A stretch of 62,253 nucleotides of DNA, filler included, from Asterionella formosa (lineage: Eukaryota): NCBI GenBank assembly GCA_002256025.1. It is 16 parts of 16 records of this genome, joined end to end, with 100 filler letters (N's around TTAATTAATTAA, not from the genome) between each part and the next. Parts side by side here need not be neighbours in the genome. Positions count along the whole stretch, not along the records: positions 47,899 to 49,865 come from NKIB01000746.1; positions 49,966 to 51,931 come from NKIB01000747.1; positions 52,032 to 53,997 come from NKIB01000748.1; positions 54,098 to 56,062 come from NKIB01000749.1; positions 56,163 to 58,126 come from NKIB01000751.1; positions 58,227 to 60,190 come from NKIB01000752.1; positions 60,291 to 62,253 come from NKIB01000753.1; 9 more parts are not named here. The stretch is one strand, 5' to 3'. The notes under the pieces were generated by a model. That model searched no databases, was not told where the DNA came from, and was given only the letters and a program-made list of their open reading frames with translations. A program made the position numbers and the translations under genes. Of this stretch, positions 49,817 to 60,680 are shown piece after piece; the stretch's first letter is position 1; the number at the start of each line of letters is the position of its first letter.

Positions 49817-52031
49817 CGGCGGGATACAACCTTCCTCGCTGTTTCCTAAGTCCAATGGTACCACCNNNNNNNNNNNNNNNNNNNNNNNNNNNNNNNNNNN
49901 NNNNNNNNNTTAATTAATTAANNNNNNNNNNNNNNNNNNNNNNNNNNNNNNNNNNNNNNNNNNNNTGAACGGGGGAGACAACAACAACAATTGGGTAAGG
50001 CTATACCTTTTATTGGAGGAACAAGATCTTAAACATTGTGGCACAATGGTGAGTACTGGTAATGCTGTACAAATGACAAAAACGAAAAATAGCTGTAGTA
50101 CTTCGTGCTTTTTACCAGTATGACCGGGACCATGGGTTCTGGTACATACCTGGTGCCATATTACCTGGTACCTGGTACCTGGTACCTTGTACCGGTCATA
50201 AGAAACAGCAGGTTGCTTACCGATAGATGGGAGGTCCCTGGTCTGGGACGAGGTACCTGGTACCAGGTACGAGACCAGTTCAGGTGCACCCATATCATTT
50301 ATTCATATCTTTTATATGTATATGGCTGGGTGCAATTTCTGGGGCCACGAGGTAAACCCCATTGGCCAAGTATAAGCAAAACCCCTGACCCTATGTATAT
50401 AATATTTTGCGCCTAAAAACCCTTCTTGTTAAAATCACATTGACCATGTTGGTATTATTCTGTTGGTTTATGTTAAAGTATTACCTTTTTGATAGATCTA
50501 TATCGTTAGACAAAGAAAACTATAGATAGTGACATTCATTTCTCTTTCCATTTCTATATTCTTATTGTGAGTTTACAAATCTAGTTTAGGTTGTTCTGTT
50601 TGAACAAACAAACAAACTATTCTCCAAATGCTGTTTGCATTTCTAGAAACATACAATCATAGATAGACACATATCTATCTCACACTTACTGATCATAGGT
50701 TTTTAAACATGATCATTCATTTTCAAACTATCGGTCTTCTGAAATAGCTTATATTGTCCGGCTCATTATAGGCAGAGTAACAACATAAAATGTGTGGTTG
50801 ATGAGAGTTTGGTACGTCAAATTTGACTCATTCGAATCGTTCGACTCGTTTGACTCAGAGTCATAACTACGTAGATAAGCTCACTTTAACAGGTTTGCAC
50901 AACAAATTTACAACCTCCTGTGCCCCTTGATTTATCAACATAATCACCATGATCAGTGCTATCAGTTAAGGCATCAAGCGGCACCGGAGCACATAATTTC
51001 GTTTCTATATAGGACCTATTTAGTGTTTAGCATGTCAAATCCATGCCTACATGACCAACCAATTCATGTGCAAATACTCTTGAGCTTGACAGTGGTGGAC
51101 TGTCTGGAATTGAAAATGTACAGGGATGCATCAAATGTGGTCCTATAGCAGATACAATGAGGCTATTATAACAACGATTTCCCAACCATTACTGTGCAAT
51201 GGACTTCAATTTCAAGTTCATCATGACTGAACTCAAACATGACAACAGCGAGATTGGATGATAAAAAAATAGTTAAATACATACATAAAATTTCTTCATA
51301 TTTATGTTATTTTTGTACAAAATTTTACTTACATTAAAATTATGTTCCACTCCTGATAGCTACGGTGGCTAGCAGTACCTAATGTAGTTTCAGGATGCAC
51401 CCAAGAACCATGGGGTTATCTGTAGAGCAGGTGCTTCTTGCTGAAGGCAATTCCCGCTTCAACTATTGTCTTGACATTCCGTTACTTTTAAAGCAATTTT
51501 TATTTATGGGCAATATGGGGCACATCGAAGTTTTTGGCATGAAAATTGCCGATTTTAGCATGACAGCCAGAATAAAGGTAATAGTAGAAATGGCAAAACA
51601 AGCGTAAAAAATACAAGAATAATTGTAACATGCAACATCAATGAAAATTGAACATGATGATTGGAGCAACCAAAGTATAAAATGCGATGTAATAAATAGC
51701 GTCCAAAATGAGAATTAGCTGAAAAAAAGCACAATGGTGGTACTACTGGAAGATCTCACTGCCAAGAACCAACAACACAAGGCATAATGATAATCACATC
51801 TACAATTTCATGAAGAAATACATTGTTAGCATAATACTACTTCTTTACATTGTAGCTTCAATGGCGATTTGATTGTTTGATTGATTGTCGACTAGAAATA
51901 GTTCAGCTTTACTTGTGAATACTATGACATANNNNNNNNNNNNNNNNNNNNNNNNNNNNNNNNNNNNNNNNNNNNTTAATTAATTAANNNNNNNNNNNNN
52001 NNNNNNNNNNNNNNNNNNNNNNNNNNNNNNN

Positions 52032-53997
52032 TCATCCATGTCCCTGCCGATGGCGAGAATCTTTTACGTTCTCCATCTACAACCACATCCTCCTCTGAAA
52101 CCTCGTCTTCTGCTGTGTCCTCAACTAGTTGTGAAACCTCTACTGGTGGTGAAAAATCGGATTCCAAGTTAGATGAGGAGGACAAATCCAAAGTGATTGA
52201 TTCTGACTATAAATCTGCATTGTGAGTAAATGAGTGAATGTTTAGCATCTCCTACTACCTTACTAATGAATCAAGGAGATTAATGATTTCTATAAAAATT
52301 GATAATTATATGTGACCTTACTTCCCTTGTTTGTTGGTTTTGTAGTAATGTTAATCGTTTCCACATCATCAACTACAAATTTTTTCTTAACATTTCTTTC
52401 ATATATTGCTTTATGCAATTGCATCATCCAGCAAATCAAAAATGGAAGAGGGATGCTCATGCGTACTGCGGCTTGATTTGAATCACCTTACCTGGAGAGG
52501 CTCCTAAATTAGGAACAACAACAGCAGGAGAATGAATGCAATCCACGGGAACAAACAAAAGTCCTTTGTTTCCATGTCGATCCAATGCGAGATCAGCCCC
52601 TAACAGCAACCTTGAGTAGTTGTGCAAAGGTTCTGAGGCATATTTACAAGAGTGAATAATTGCAAAGACACCGGGGCTTTGATTTCTCAAGGATGATGGT
52701 AATCTTGGATCAGTGAAATTGATCGAAGACGGACCCAATCCCAATTCAATGAAACCGTAGATCTGGCCAAGCACAATTGACTCAACTCCTGTTTCTCCAT
52801 TTAACCAAGCAAACTCTGCCCAATCATACCAGGAATGACCACCACGGTAGCTTGGATGGGCATGAAATATTACGTTGTCACTACGAGTGTGGTCGCACAT
52901 CACTTCAATTTCCATGGATAAAATGAAAGGAAGGAATTGGTCGCCTAGAACTCGCACCAGATCTCGGTCAACCCCAGTTTTGCAGATGCTACTTGATGAT
53001 GATGAAACCCTGGCAATCTCAAATTCACCGTTTCCATCTTCTTCAATCAGGAGAGAATATCGATTACCTCCTGTTTTGGATTTCACAATTACAACGTCAA
53101 CTGGGACAGATTCCAATTTGTATTGTAAATCTCCAATATCTTCGCCAAGAAACTGACTACAAGCGGTTCCGATCACCATGTTCTCCCTCATTATCGCCCC
53201 ACTTTGAATATCCATCACATCTTTGCGTTTCTGGGAAGTCTTGGCTGGTAATTTACACAAGATTATTTTCCATTGGGCCTCCATTAAAAACCTGTGGACT
53301 TCCGAAACGATGAATGTTTCTTACAGTATGCATCTGTTGATGAAACTTCGCCAGCTTCCATCCCTGAGAGGTTGTTGTTCTCGGGCATTCTTTTACCAGC
53401 TTAGTAAAATAGTTGACAACGCTTTGGTTTTCCTGTGGTAAATTTCCCACATCAAAACTCTCTTTACTAAACCAGGCATTGTAGCAGAGCATCCCTTCGA
53501 ATAGACCTTGAAAGTTTCGAATTTCTTGATTGGTCATACCACTTTCTTCTCGGCAGATCTTGATTCCAGCATCACATGCCATGTCAACACAGGCAATAAT
53601 CATCACTCCGATTCTTTCGTTAACAGCTGTTTTCGTTTTGCAACCATGAAAGCCGAAATTGAAGGAACAACGAGGAAGGTCTCGGTCACTCTGGTGAAGG
53701 AAGAGTTTAGATATTTTGTTGAACAACTGGTCAAACAGTTTTCGATTGGAATTACCCTTCACTGTTTTGGGGCGCCCGATCATATAAGAATATAGCTCCA
53801 TGAGGTGATCCATTATTCCTTCTTGAATGGAATGGAGTTTTTCAGGAGGAACGTGCCCATTAACACCAAGAGGATCGCCACCAAAACACAACTGATACCA
53901 AAAGGGATAGATGAATCTTTGGCTCACCTTATCCAATAAATCTTTTATGCCCCGGATTAATAGTTCCTCGTAATCAATCTGACCTACAGGACTGCAT
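52032..53997 (-). pseudogene. Second near-identical copy or haplotype of the Plavaka-like contig 35487-37456
   Basis: Same contig start and end sequences, same frameshift, scattered substitutions and a small indel. Confidence 0.9.
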
Positions 53998-54097
53998 NNN
54001 NNNNNNNNNNNNNNNNNNNNNNNNNNNNNNNNNNNNNNNNNTTAATTAATTAANNNNNNNNNNNNNNNNNNNNNNNNNNNNNNNNNNNNNNNNNNNN

Positions 54098-56062
54098 ACG
54101 ATGACAAAGAAAATCTAATGAGACATGAAAATTACGAAACCAGAATCACTCTGCTACTATAAATAGACAGTCTCATGCTTCTTTGTGCATATCGCCTGCT
54201 ATGATGCGTTTCAATTCTAGATGTGTTACGTTCTTGTTAGAGAGACGATGTTACGGAGAAGTAGATTGTTCTGTTCTATAATGGATGTTGTTTAGCTATG
54301 ATTGAGGTTGCAACACTGATTGATGGTCTGGTGACAGACCGGCCGGAAATATTCGTCTTGTGTGATGAGCCATTTCGTTTTCATTGGATTTCTTTTCAAG
54401 CTCTTAACGGATTGCATACAAACATACTGTGCAATGTAGATGATGATTCATCGAAGACATGTGATGACTTGAATGACAAATGAAGATTTTATCACAAACA
54501 CTCGTTCCTCTCGACAAGGCTGGTTTGTTGTTGTTGCAAGAATCAGAGTGAGGACTGGCAAGGATGAAGAGCCAAACCACAAAGAAATGATCAAATATAG
54601 CTAGTCTACACAAGGAGCAGTGCATTATATATGCCCTGTTATTTTAATTCCTATGAAATCTCTTGATCTGTTGTGCGCTTTTTCGCCACAATTGTTTTCA
54701 TTGGCTGTTTCACTGGACAGCATTCGAATTGATTGTGCTTTGAACGAAGCAATGATCAAAGTCCACCACATTGCAGAATGGTGAGTCTCACAACTAAGTA
54801 TCAGCCAGTCGATTAAAATTGGACTGTCTTTTGTGCACCCTCGCTCGTTGTGTTTGTACTTGACTTGGCAGCTGTCAGCCAAGAGCAGCCATGGCATGCC
54901 ATCATCTATTGTCTATACAAGTTTCGAATGCGTTCAGCCATGATAACTTTTGCTCCCCCTGTTTCCTAAACACTATCTCACCACCCTTGTCATAGATTTT
55001 TCTTTATCCTTTGGTTTCACAGGCTCAGGTAACTCAATGCATTCATCTGCAAGGAGTTCAGCCAAGTAGGGCCACGTTGGCGTCAAGAAAACCTCAACCC
55101 TGATTTTCCTCACATGCTCCACCCATTGACTTCTTCATTGATGAAGTCGAGGTAGCTATATTGATTTCAGGTGGCGCAGAATTGTGTATAGCTAGATAGA
55201 TGATGCCGAAGGCATTGCTTCCTTTTCCGGTAGGCACCTATTTGTCAACATTGTTTGTTTCAATCTATTCTTGTTCCCGCAAGACCAGAAGCAATTATCC
55301 CTTTACTTCTCCTCCCAAGAACCTTCATTTCTCTTTCACAATTGTCCTGATGATTGCAGAGCATTTTTAGTTTGATTTTTCCACTGGTCTCGATCCCTTT
55401 TGCATTCAAGTCAAGAAACAAGCAACTCATTGAGATTTCTGGAGGTCTCGGTCAGTGGCACCATAAAGCAACAATCAACAGATCATGGCGGCTGTTCTAC
55501 ATTTTCTGTAGCAAGTGACATTCAAGAAGAGTCTGGGATCATTGGGGAGAAAAATTAGTAGGATTCTCTGTGTTTGCCCCCGACCGTTTGGCAGCCATTC
55601 TACCATTGCTTCCTCTCAATCAATACTAGTATGGCTAATGAAAACCGTAATTAGATGAAATGTGACTTCCGTTTTCTAATATTTTACATTGTTGCACTAC
55701 TTAAACTTGAATCCATAAATGGGCATTCAACTTGTGCTTGCTTCTTGCAATTTTGCACTATAGACTGGGAGGTGGGCGATAAGCCAAGCAAAGTATCTCT
55801 CTTTTCATGAACATCTACAAGCTACTAGTGCTTTTGTCGAGGTTTGTGTCTAATACAAACTGCTGCCATCCATTGAAATATTCCAGATACATCAAAGAAT
55901 AGCTACGCTCCTGTCTTTAAAGGTAAGGAACTAGAAAGATGACAAAGAAAATCTAATGAGACATGAAAATTACGAAACCAGAATCACTCTGCTACTATAA
56001 ATAGACAGTCTCATGCTTCTTTGTGCATATCGCCTGCTATGATGCGTTTCAATTCTAGATGT
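54098..56062. repeat. Head-to-tail or circular 1838-bp repeat unit
   Basis: 54100-54224 is repeated at 55938-56062 (GATGACAAAGAAAATCTAATGAG...TTCTAGATGT). Confidence 0.85.
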
Positions 56063-56650
56063 NNNNNNNNNNNNNNNNNNNNNNNNNNNNNNNNNNNNNN
56101 NNNNNNTTAATTAATTAANNNNNNNNNNNNNNNNNNNNNNNNNNNNNNNNNNNNNNNNNNNNAAATTTATATTATATCGCATCGAGAAAGGAGTCTGAAT
56201 GAAAGCATTGTACACATAATTTTTCTGTAAAATTGAATATTTTTATCGCAAGTACGCACCCTACGAGAAAATGGATTCATATTTTCAAGAATTTGCATCA
56301 ACAAAAGGACGAGCAATCAGATCAGGTGTTGAATGGGAGCGCAGAGAACAGATTCGCAAATGTGCTTTCAAATCGAAGAGAAGCATTGACGTCGTCCCTT
56401 TCAAATGATGATCACAGGGGTGTCATAAATTAGTACGATTCAATTCAATTCAATTCTCTCATTCCCTACGAGTAACCAACGTTTTCCTTCTGTTTCATCT
56501 GCAGCTTGTGCTATGAAAATATTACATAAAATGACGCTTCTTCGCCTTCTCGTTAACATCGCGCTCGTGGCAATATTGGCTTATCACTTTGCAGGATGAT
56601 CGCCTGTACTAACCATGATCGCCAGTTTGACTACTATGTCAAAAAGCTTG

Positions 56651-56969
56651 TGTAACAAACTTGCAGCATCGACAGGTGCTTGCCGCTTCTGTGGTGGCGA
56701 GACGCTTCTTCCTGAACCCACACGTTATGTAGTGGATGCTCAAGGTTTTAACGATACATGTGCAGTTCATGAGTACTTTGCCATGCTGGGACCTACCGAA
56801 GATTGGAACTATCCTTGCGAAGAAAACCGAGCCATGCTCTCGGAAAATTGATGTGTTGGTCCTCCTTCGAACGTTTCCCCTTCCTTGTATTACAGTGGGT
56901 GCAATTGGATCCACCCATGCCATCATGACGGCCACTGGTATTGCAATTGCCCTTGCTGCCTACTTTTAG
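56651..56969 (+). pseudogene. Possible decayed Cys-rich surface/GPI-type small protein
   Basis: CRFCGG..LP.P....TC....C...*C followed, in another frame, by a hydrophobic tail (AIMTATGIAIALAAYF*). Needs one stop and one frameshift. Confidence 0.35.
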
Positions 56970-57360
56970 GGCGAGGTAGCCAGTGACGGATTGGTGGTAG
57001 TTGCGTTAGATGGGTGTTTCTATAACTGAAAAGAAAGATATCAAGGCAAGGTTGGAAGTATGTCAATTGAGCGATGCTTTCGCAAGCCAATTTTCTTCCT
57101 GTCGAGTGCATTGTTGGCTTGGTTATGTTTCTTTGGAAGAGCATTTGGCAAGTATACTAGTTCATGTGTTACATTATTGGCAAAAATAGCAAACTGCGAG
57201 AGGGGCAAAAACTGGACGAACAGAGCATATGCATAAAAGGAAATGATTTGTCAGTGGAAAAATATTTATTTTGTATGTAGGTGTACTGGTAGATGTTCCG
57301 TTATTGTTGCCAACAGAAGTCTACCACATTTCAACCTCATCCGACTATTCCTCATACATC

Positions 57361-58019
57361 CTACTTCGTTGGAGGCTCGATTCTCTGGCCAAACTCGTCC
57401 AAATAAACCCACTCGCCAGTCTTTTCATCAACAAATTCAGTCCATTCCCGGTTCTGTGGAATGAGACCCTCGTACAGTGCGGCGTCATTCAAGGTCCATG
57501 CTTCCTTTCCAATAATATCCGTAACATTTTCCCCTTGTGCTGCCAAAATATCCTCCACTTCGGCACCAGGCTTTAAATCCAAATGCTCCACTTCCACAAT
57601 AAGTGGTGGCTCCTCAAACTGATGGAGCGGAGGAGGCGACGACAAGGTCCATTCCAACGAATCCGTGATCAACGGGACAATTACATTTGCACCCTCAGGC
57701 AGTTGGAATGCCGTCGAAAAAGCCCGGAGGGAAACTGATGAAAAAATAAATGGAAACGATTGAATGAGTGGTACGAACTTGAACTATTTCTGTTGCTTCG
57801 CATTTATTCTCTTGCATAAAGCGAACCGAGCGAGGTGATGACGTCACAAAACGAGTGTGCTACTGCTATGGTTGTGCCGATCGCCGCTGTGGCGATTCTC
57901 TGAACCATCATGATCTCTCGTTTCTTCTCGAACTGCATCATTAACAAATATGCAGACTTACCAGGGGCCACACGACGAGTAGCAGCGACGGCGACGCAAC
58001 GAGAAGTAGCAGCTAGCAT
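57361..58019 (-). CDS. Nuclear-encoded C-terminal fragment of cytochrome c oxidase subunit 1 (Cox1-c) with mitochondrial presequence; intron 57735-57961
   Basis: Spliced product MLAATSRCVAVAATRRVAP|VSLRAFSTAFQLPEGANVIVPLITDSLEWTLSSPPPLHQFEEPP... The LEW.L.SPPP.H.F.E.P motif is the Cox1 C-terminal signature, and the GTAAGT..CAG intron keeps frame. Confidence 0.88.
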
Positions 58020-58760
58020 GGTTGTTGGATATTCTCCGTATAATAACAATCAGGTGGAGTCCACTGAGATTCTGCCCTTGTTGTGAAGATATGTACGATA
58101 CGATGGGTACCTGGTACCAGGTACCCNNNNNNNNNNNNNNNNNNNNNNNNNNNNNNNNNNNNNNNNNNNNTTAATTAATTAANNNNNNNNNNNNNNNNNN
58201 NNNNNNNNNNNNNNNNNNNNNNNNNNTAGTGGTCCACTTTTTAGTCTTAAAGTTTCAGAAAGGGCAATTTAGTAAACAGTGAGGATTTGACCGAGAATGG
58301 TCAATTATGGGAAGCAAGCTCCCCTGTTGTCGCTCCTCGAGTATTGGAAATAAATGTTATTTTGTTCTCAAGTCATTGGAAGCAATGTTGTTGCTCTGAC
58401 ATCTATATTTGCTCTCCGTGATTCATGACTTGAATGGGCCTAGAAACTGACAAGCGAAAACATTATTGAGCGTGAGGGCATTGTTGCCCTGGTTTATTTT
58501 ATTGTTTTTGACTTAAAAATCTACGTTCTGATGAAATCATTGTCATTGTGATGTGCGTGAAAACAACTTGTACGTTGAGTCAAAGGTATCGGCACAGCAA
58601 AGATTTAGATGCAACTGGAAATCAAGTGCAAAAAAAGTATAGACAAACTGGTCCAACCAATGAGGTGATATAAACAAGATAATGTTGAGAATTCAGAGTA
58701 GCCATGAGCGATCCTTTTAAGGGTGGACCTTGAACTTCTACTTAAAACATGACGAAAAAG

Positions 58761-59819
58761 TCATGATGAAGTGCGACGACGCTTGCCAGGCGAGAAGTTC
58801 TGTTGGGTTGCTGCCGAGACGCAGACTGGAGAGCTACGTTCGGAAACTTGGTTGGGTGTAATTGGTGCGATGGCCTCAATGCTGATGCTTCGTGCGAGAC
58901 TGATCTCTGACTCTTGATCAGCAACTTCAAATATAGCGGGGCAAAGCTCCATAAGCATGATCTTACATTTACGGACCTCAGCAGACTGAGGAGTAAGATG
59001 CGTAACGGACGCAATCTTATTAAGAAATTCCACTCTCACGTCGTAGTGGAGAGGAGTCTTATCATGGAGAGCGTCAATTGCGGCAAGGATAGCAGCGTAG
59101 GCAATGGTGGAGAAGTTGAATTCGAAGGAAAATGTCGAGACACAGACCGACAGTTCGGTGAGGTATTTAGAAAGCTCAAAGATCGACTGTGGTAAAGTAG
59201 GGTGGACAGGAGTTCCATCATAGTTTGACCATTGTGGAAGGAGTCGAAGGAACGTTGCAACGAAGCGCAAGGTGCTTGGAGGGTTGACGTGCCACTTGAG
59301 AGCTAAGAGGATAGATCTTTCCTCTGCTTCCAAAGTTTCCACGTCGAAGAAACCCCTACTGAGCTCCACAAAAGCAGTGATCTTGAGTTTCTTTCGTGGT
59401 CCTTCCGTCACATCAGTTTCGCCGTGAAGCTTGATAGCGAGGTAAAGCGAAGTGACAGCGATAAGCTGAAAGTCTCTGCGCAAGATGGCTACGCCATCGG
59501 CTTTGGTCTTCATAGCGACCACCAAGTCGAGGTAGTGGAGAGCCACAGACACAACTTCTCTGTCAAAGTTGAAATGATCCACCACTTCAAAGGACCACTC
59601 ACAAATCTTTCGTCGCCACCCTTCATTAACTCGTTCGGACACTTGATCAGGGGGAACCAAATTAGAGACTTGCAGGTAGTCATGACAAGTCGGATAGTGC
59701 TCAGTTTCCTGAGCACGCAATGCACGAAGATGCTCCATGGCATCCTCGAAATCCCGAGCTGCTCCATGGTATCCTTGAAATCCCGAGCTAGGGGGCATTA
59801 ATCTATTTGACTGAATCAT
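58761..59819 (-). CDS. Cyclin (diatom-specific cyclin type), 352 aa
   Basis: WRRKICEWSFEVVDHFNFDREVVSVALHYLD, FQLIAVTSLYLAIKLHG, ELSRG and E.SILLALKWHVNPP motifs, with C-terminal SPVCV. Confidence 0.93.
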   Translation of the reverse strand: MIQSNRLMPPSSGFQGYHGAARDFEDAMEHLRALRAQETEHYPTCHDYLQVSNLVPPDQVSERVNEGWRRKICEWSFEVVDHFNFDREVVSVALHYLDLVVAMKTKADGVAILRRDFQLIAVTSLYLAIKLHGETDVTEGPRKKLKITAFVELSRGFFDVETLEAEERSILLALKWHVNPPSTLRFVATFLRLLPQWSNYDGTPVHPTLPQSIFELSKYLTELSVCVSTFSFEFNFSTIAYAAILAAIDALHDKTPLHYDVRVEFLNKIASVTHLTPQSAEVRKCKIMLMELCPAIFEVADQESEISLARSISIEAIAPITPNQVSERSSPVCVSAATQQNFSPGKRRRTSS

Positions 59820-60349
59820 TGTTGACGCTGTCTTCCTTCACGGATTTTGAATGATTTGTTATGTAGACTAGCAAGTTAGTGTGTTCAACTGTTGTTGTGT
59901 CCACAAAGTATTGTGTTCGAAACGAACGTTGATCGCGACAAGTCGCTAGGTTACTTACTACAACACACTGTCGTTGTATATTAAAATTACTCTTCTGGTA
60001 TGATCTATGCTGTAGATTTTACTAATTCCTACTTCCGATAATTCTTCATGCAGGACGACCAGAAAGGAAGAAAAACCTTCCATGGGATACCTTGGACGGA
60101 GGGCTGAAATTGTGTCATACTATCCCCTGGTGAGAAATCCTTGTCAATGAGTATCAAACTACTGAGGAGTTTTTGTACCAGGTACCGGAGNNNNNNNNNN
60201 NNNNNNNNNNNNNNNNNNNNNNNNNNNNNNNNNNTTAATTAATTAANNNNNNNNNNNNNNNNNNNNNNNNNNNNNNNNNNNNNNNNNNNNAACGCATGAA
60301 TTGCTATTTGTAATGAATTATAAAAGGGCTTGATTGTGTGCTTGTTACT

Positions 60350-60680
60350 TGCTTGTTGATCACGAACTTACTCTGCAAACGCTGTTCTTTGTCTACAGAC
60401 AATCAATCTGTTGAGCGAGAGATTTGTTGGGAATCAGGCTGCGGCATGGTAGCTAAGCACAACGAAAATGACGCCTTTGTAACGATTTTTTGTTCATGAA
60501 CTCACTCTGCAATTGTTGTTCACTAATCACAGACAATCATATGATCAGGGCTGGGTTGGCCATTGGGGAACATGGTAAGGAGCACAGCAGAACCGAAATC
60601 ATGGCTTAGTAACTTTTTTTCTCATCAACTCACTCTGCAAATGTTTCCCTCCTTTCTACAAAAGACAATCAATCCAAGCA
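60350..60680 (+). repeat. Three degenerate tandem units of ~130-135 bp
   Basis: AACT(T/C)ACTCTGCAA...AGACAATCA recurs at ~60365, ~60499 and ~60627. Confidence 0.7.

Noticed and set aside
37557..59819. Gene cluster linking CA, SDR, PGRL1 fragment, Cox1-c and cyclin
   Set aside because: Each is on a separate ~2-kb contig apparently ordered by length, so there is no physical linkage.
31245..60290. Regularly spaced TTAATTAATTAA motif as a biological repeat or array
   Set aside because: Always embedded in fixed-length N runs. It is a contig-joining linker.
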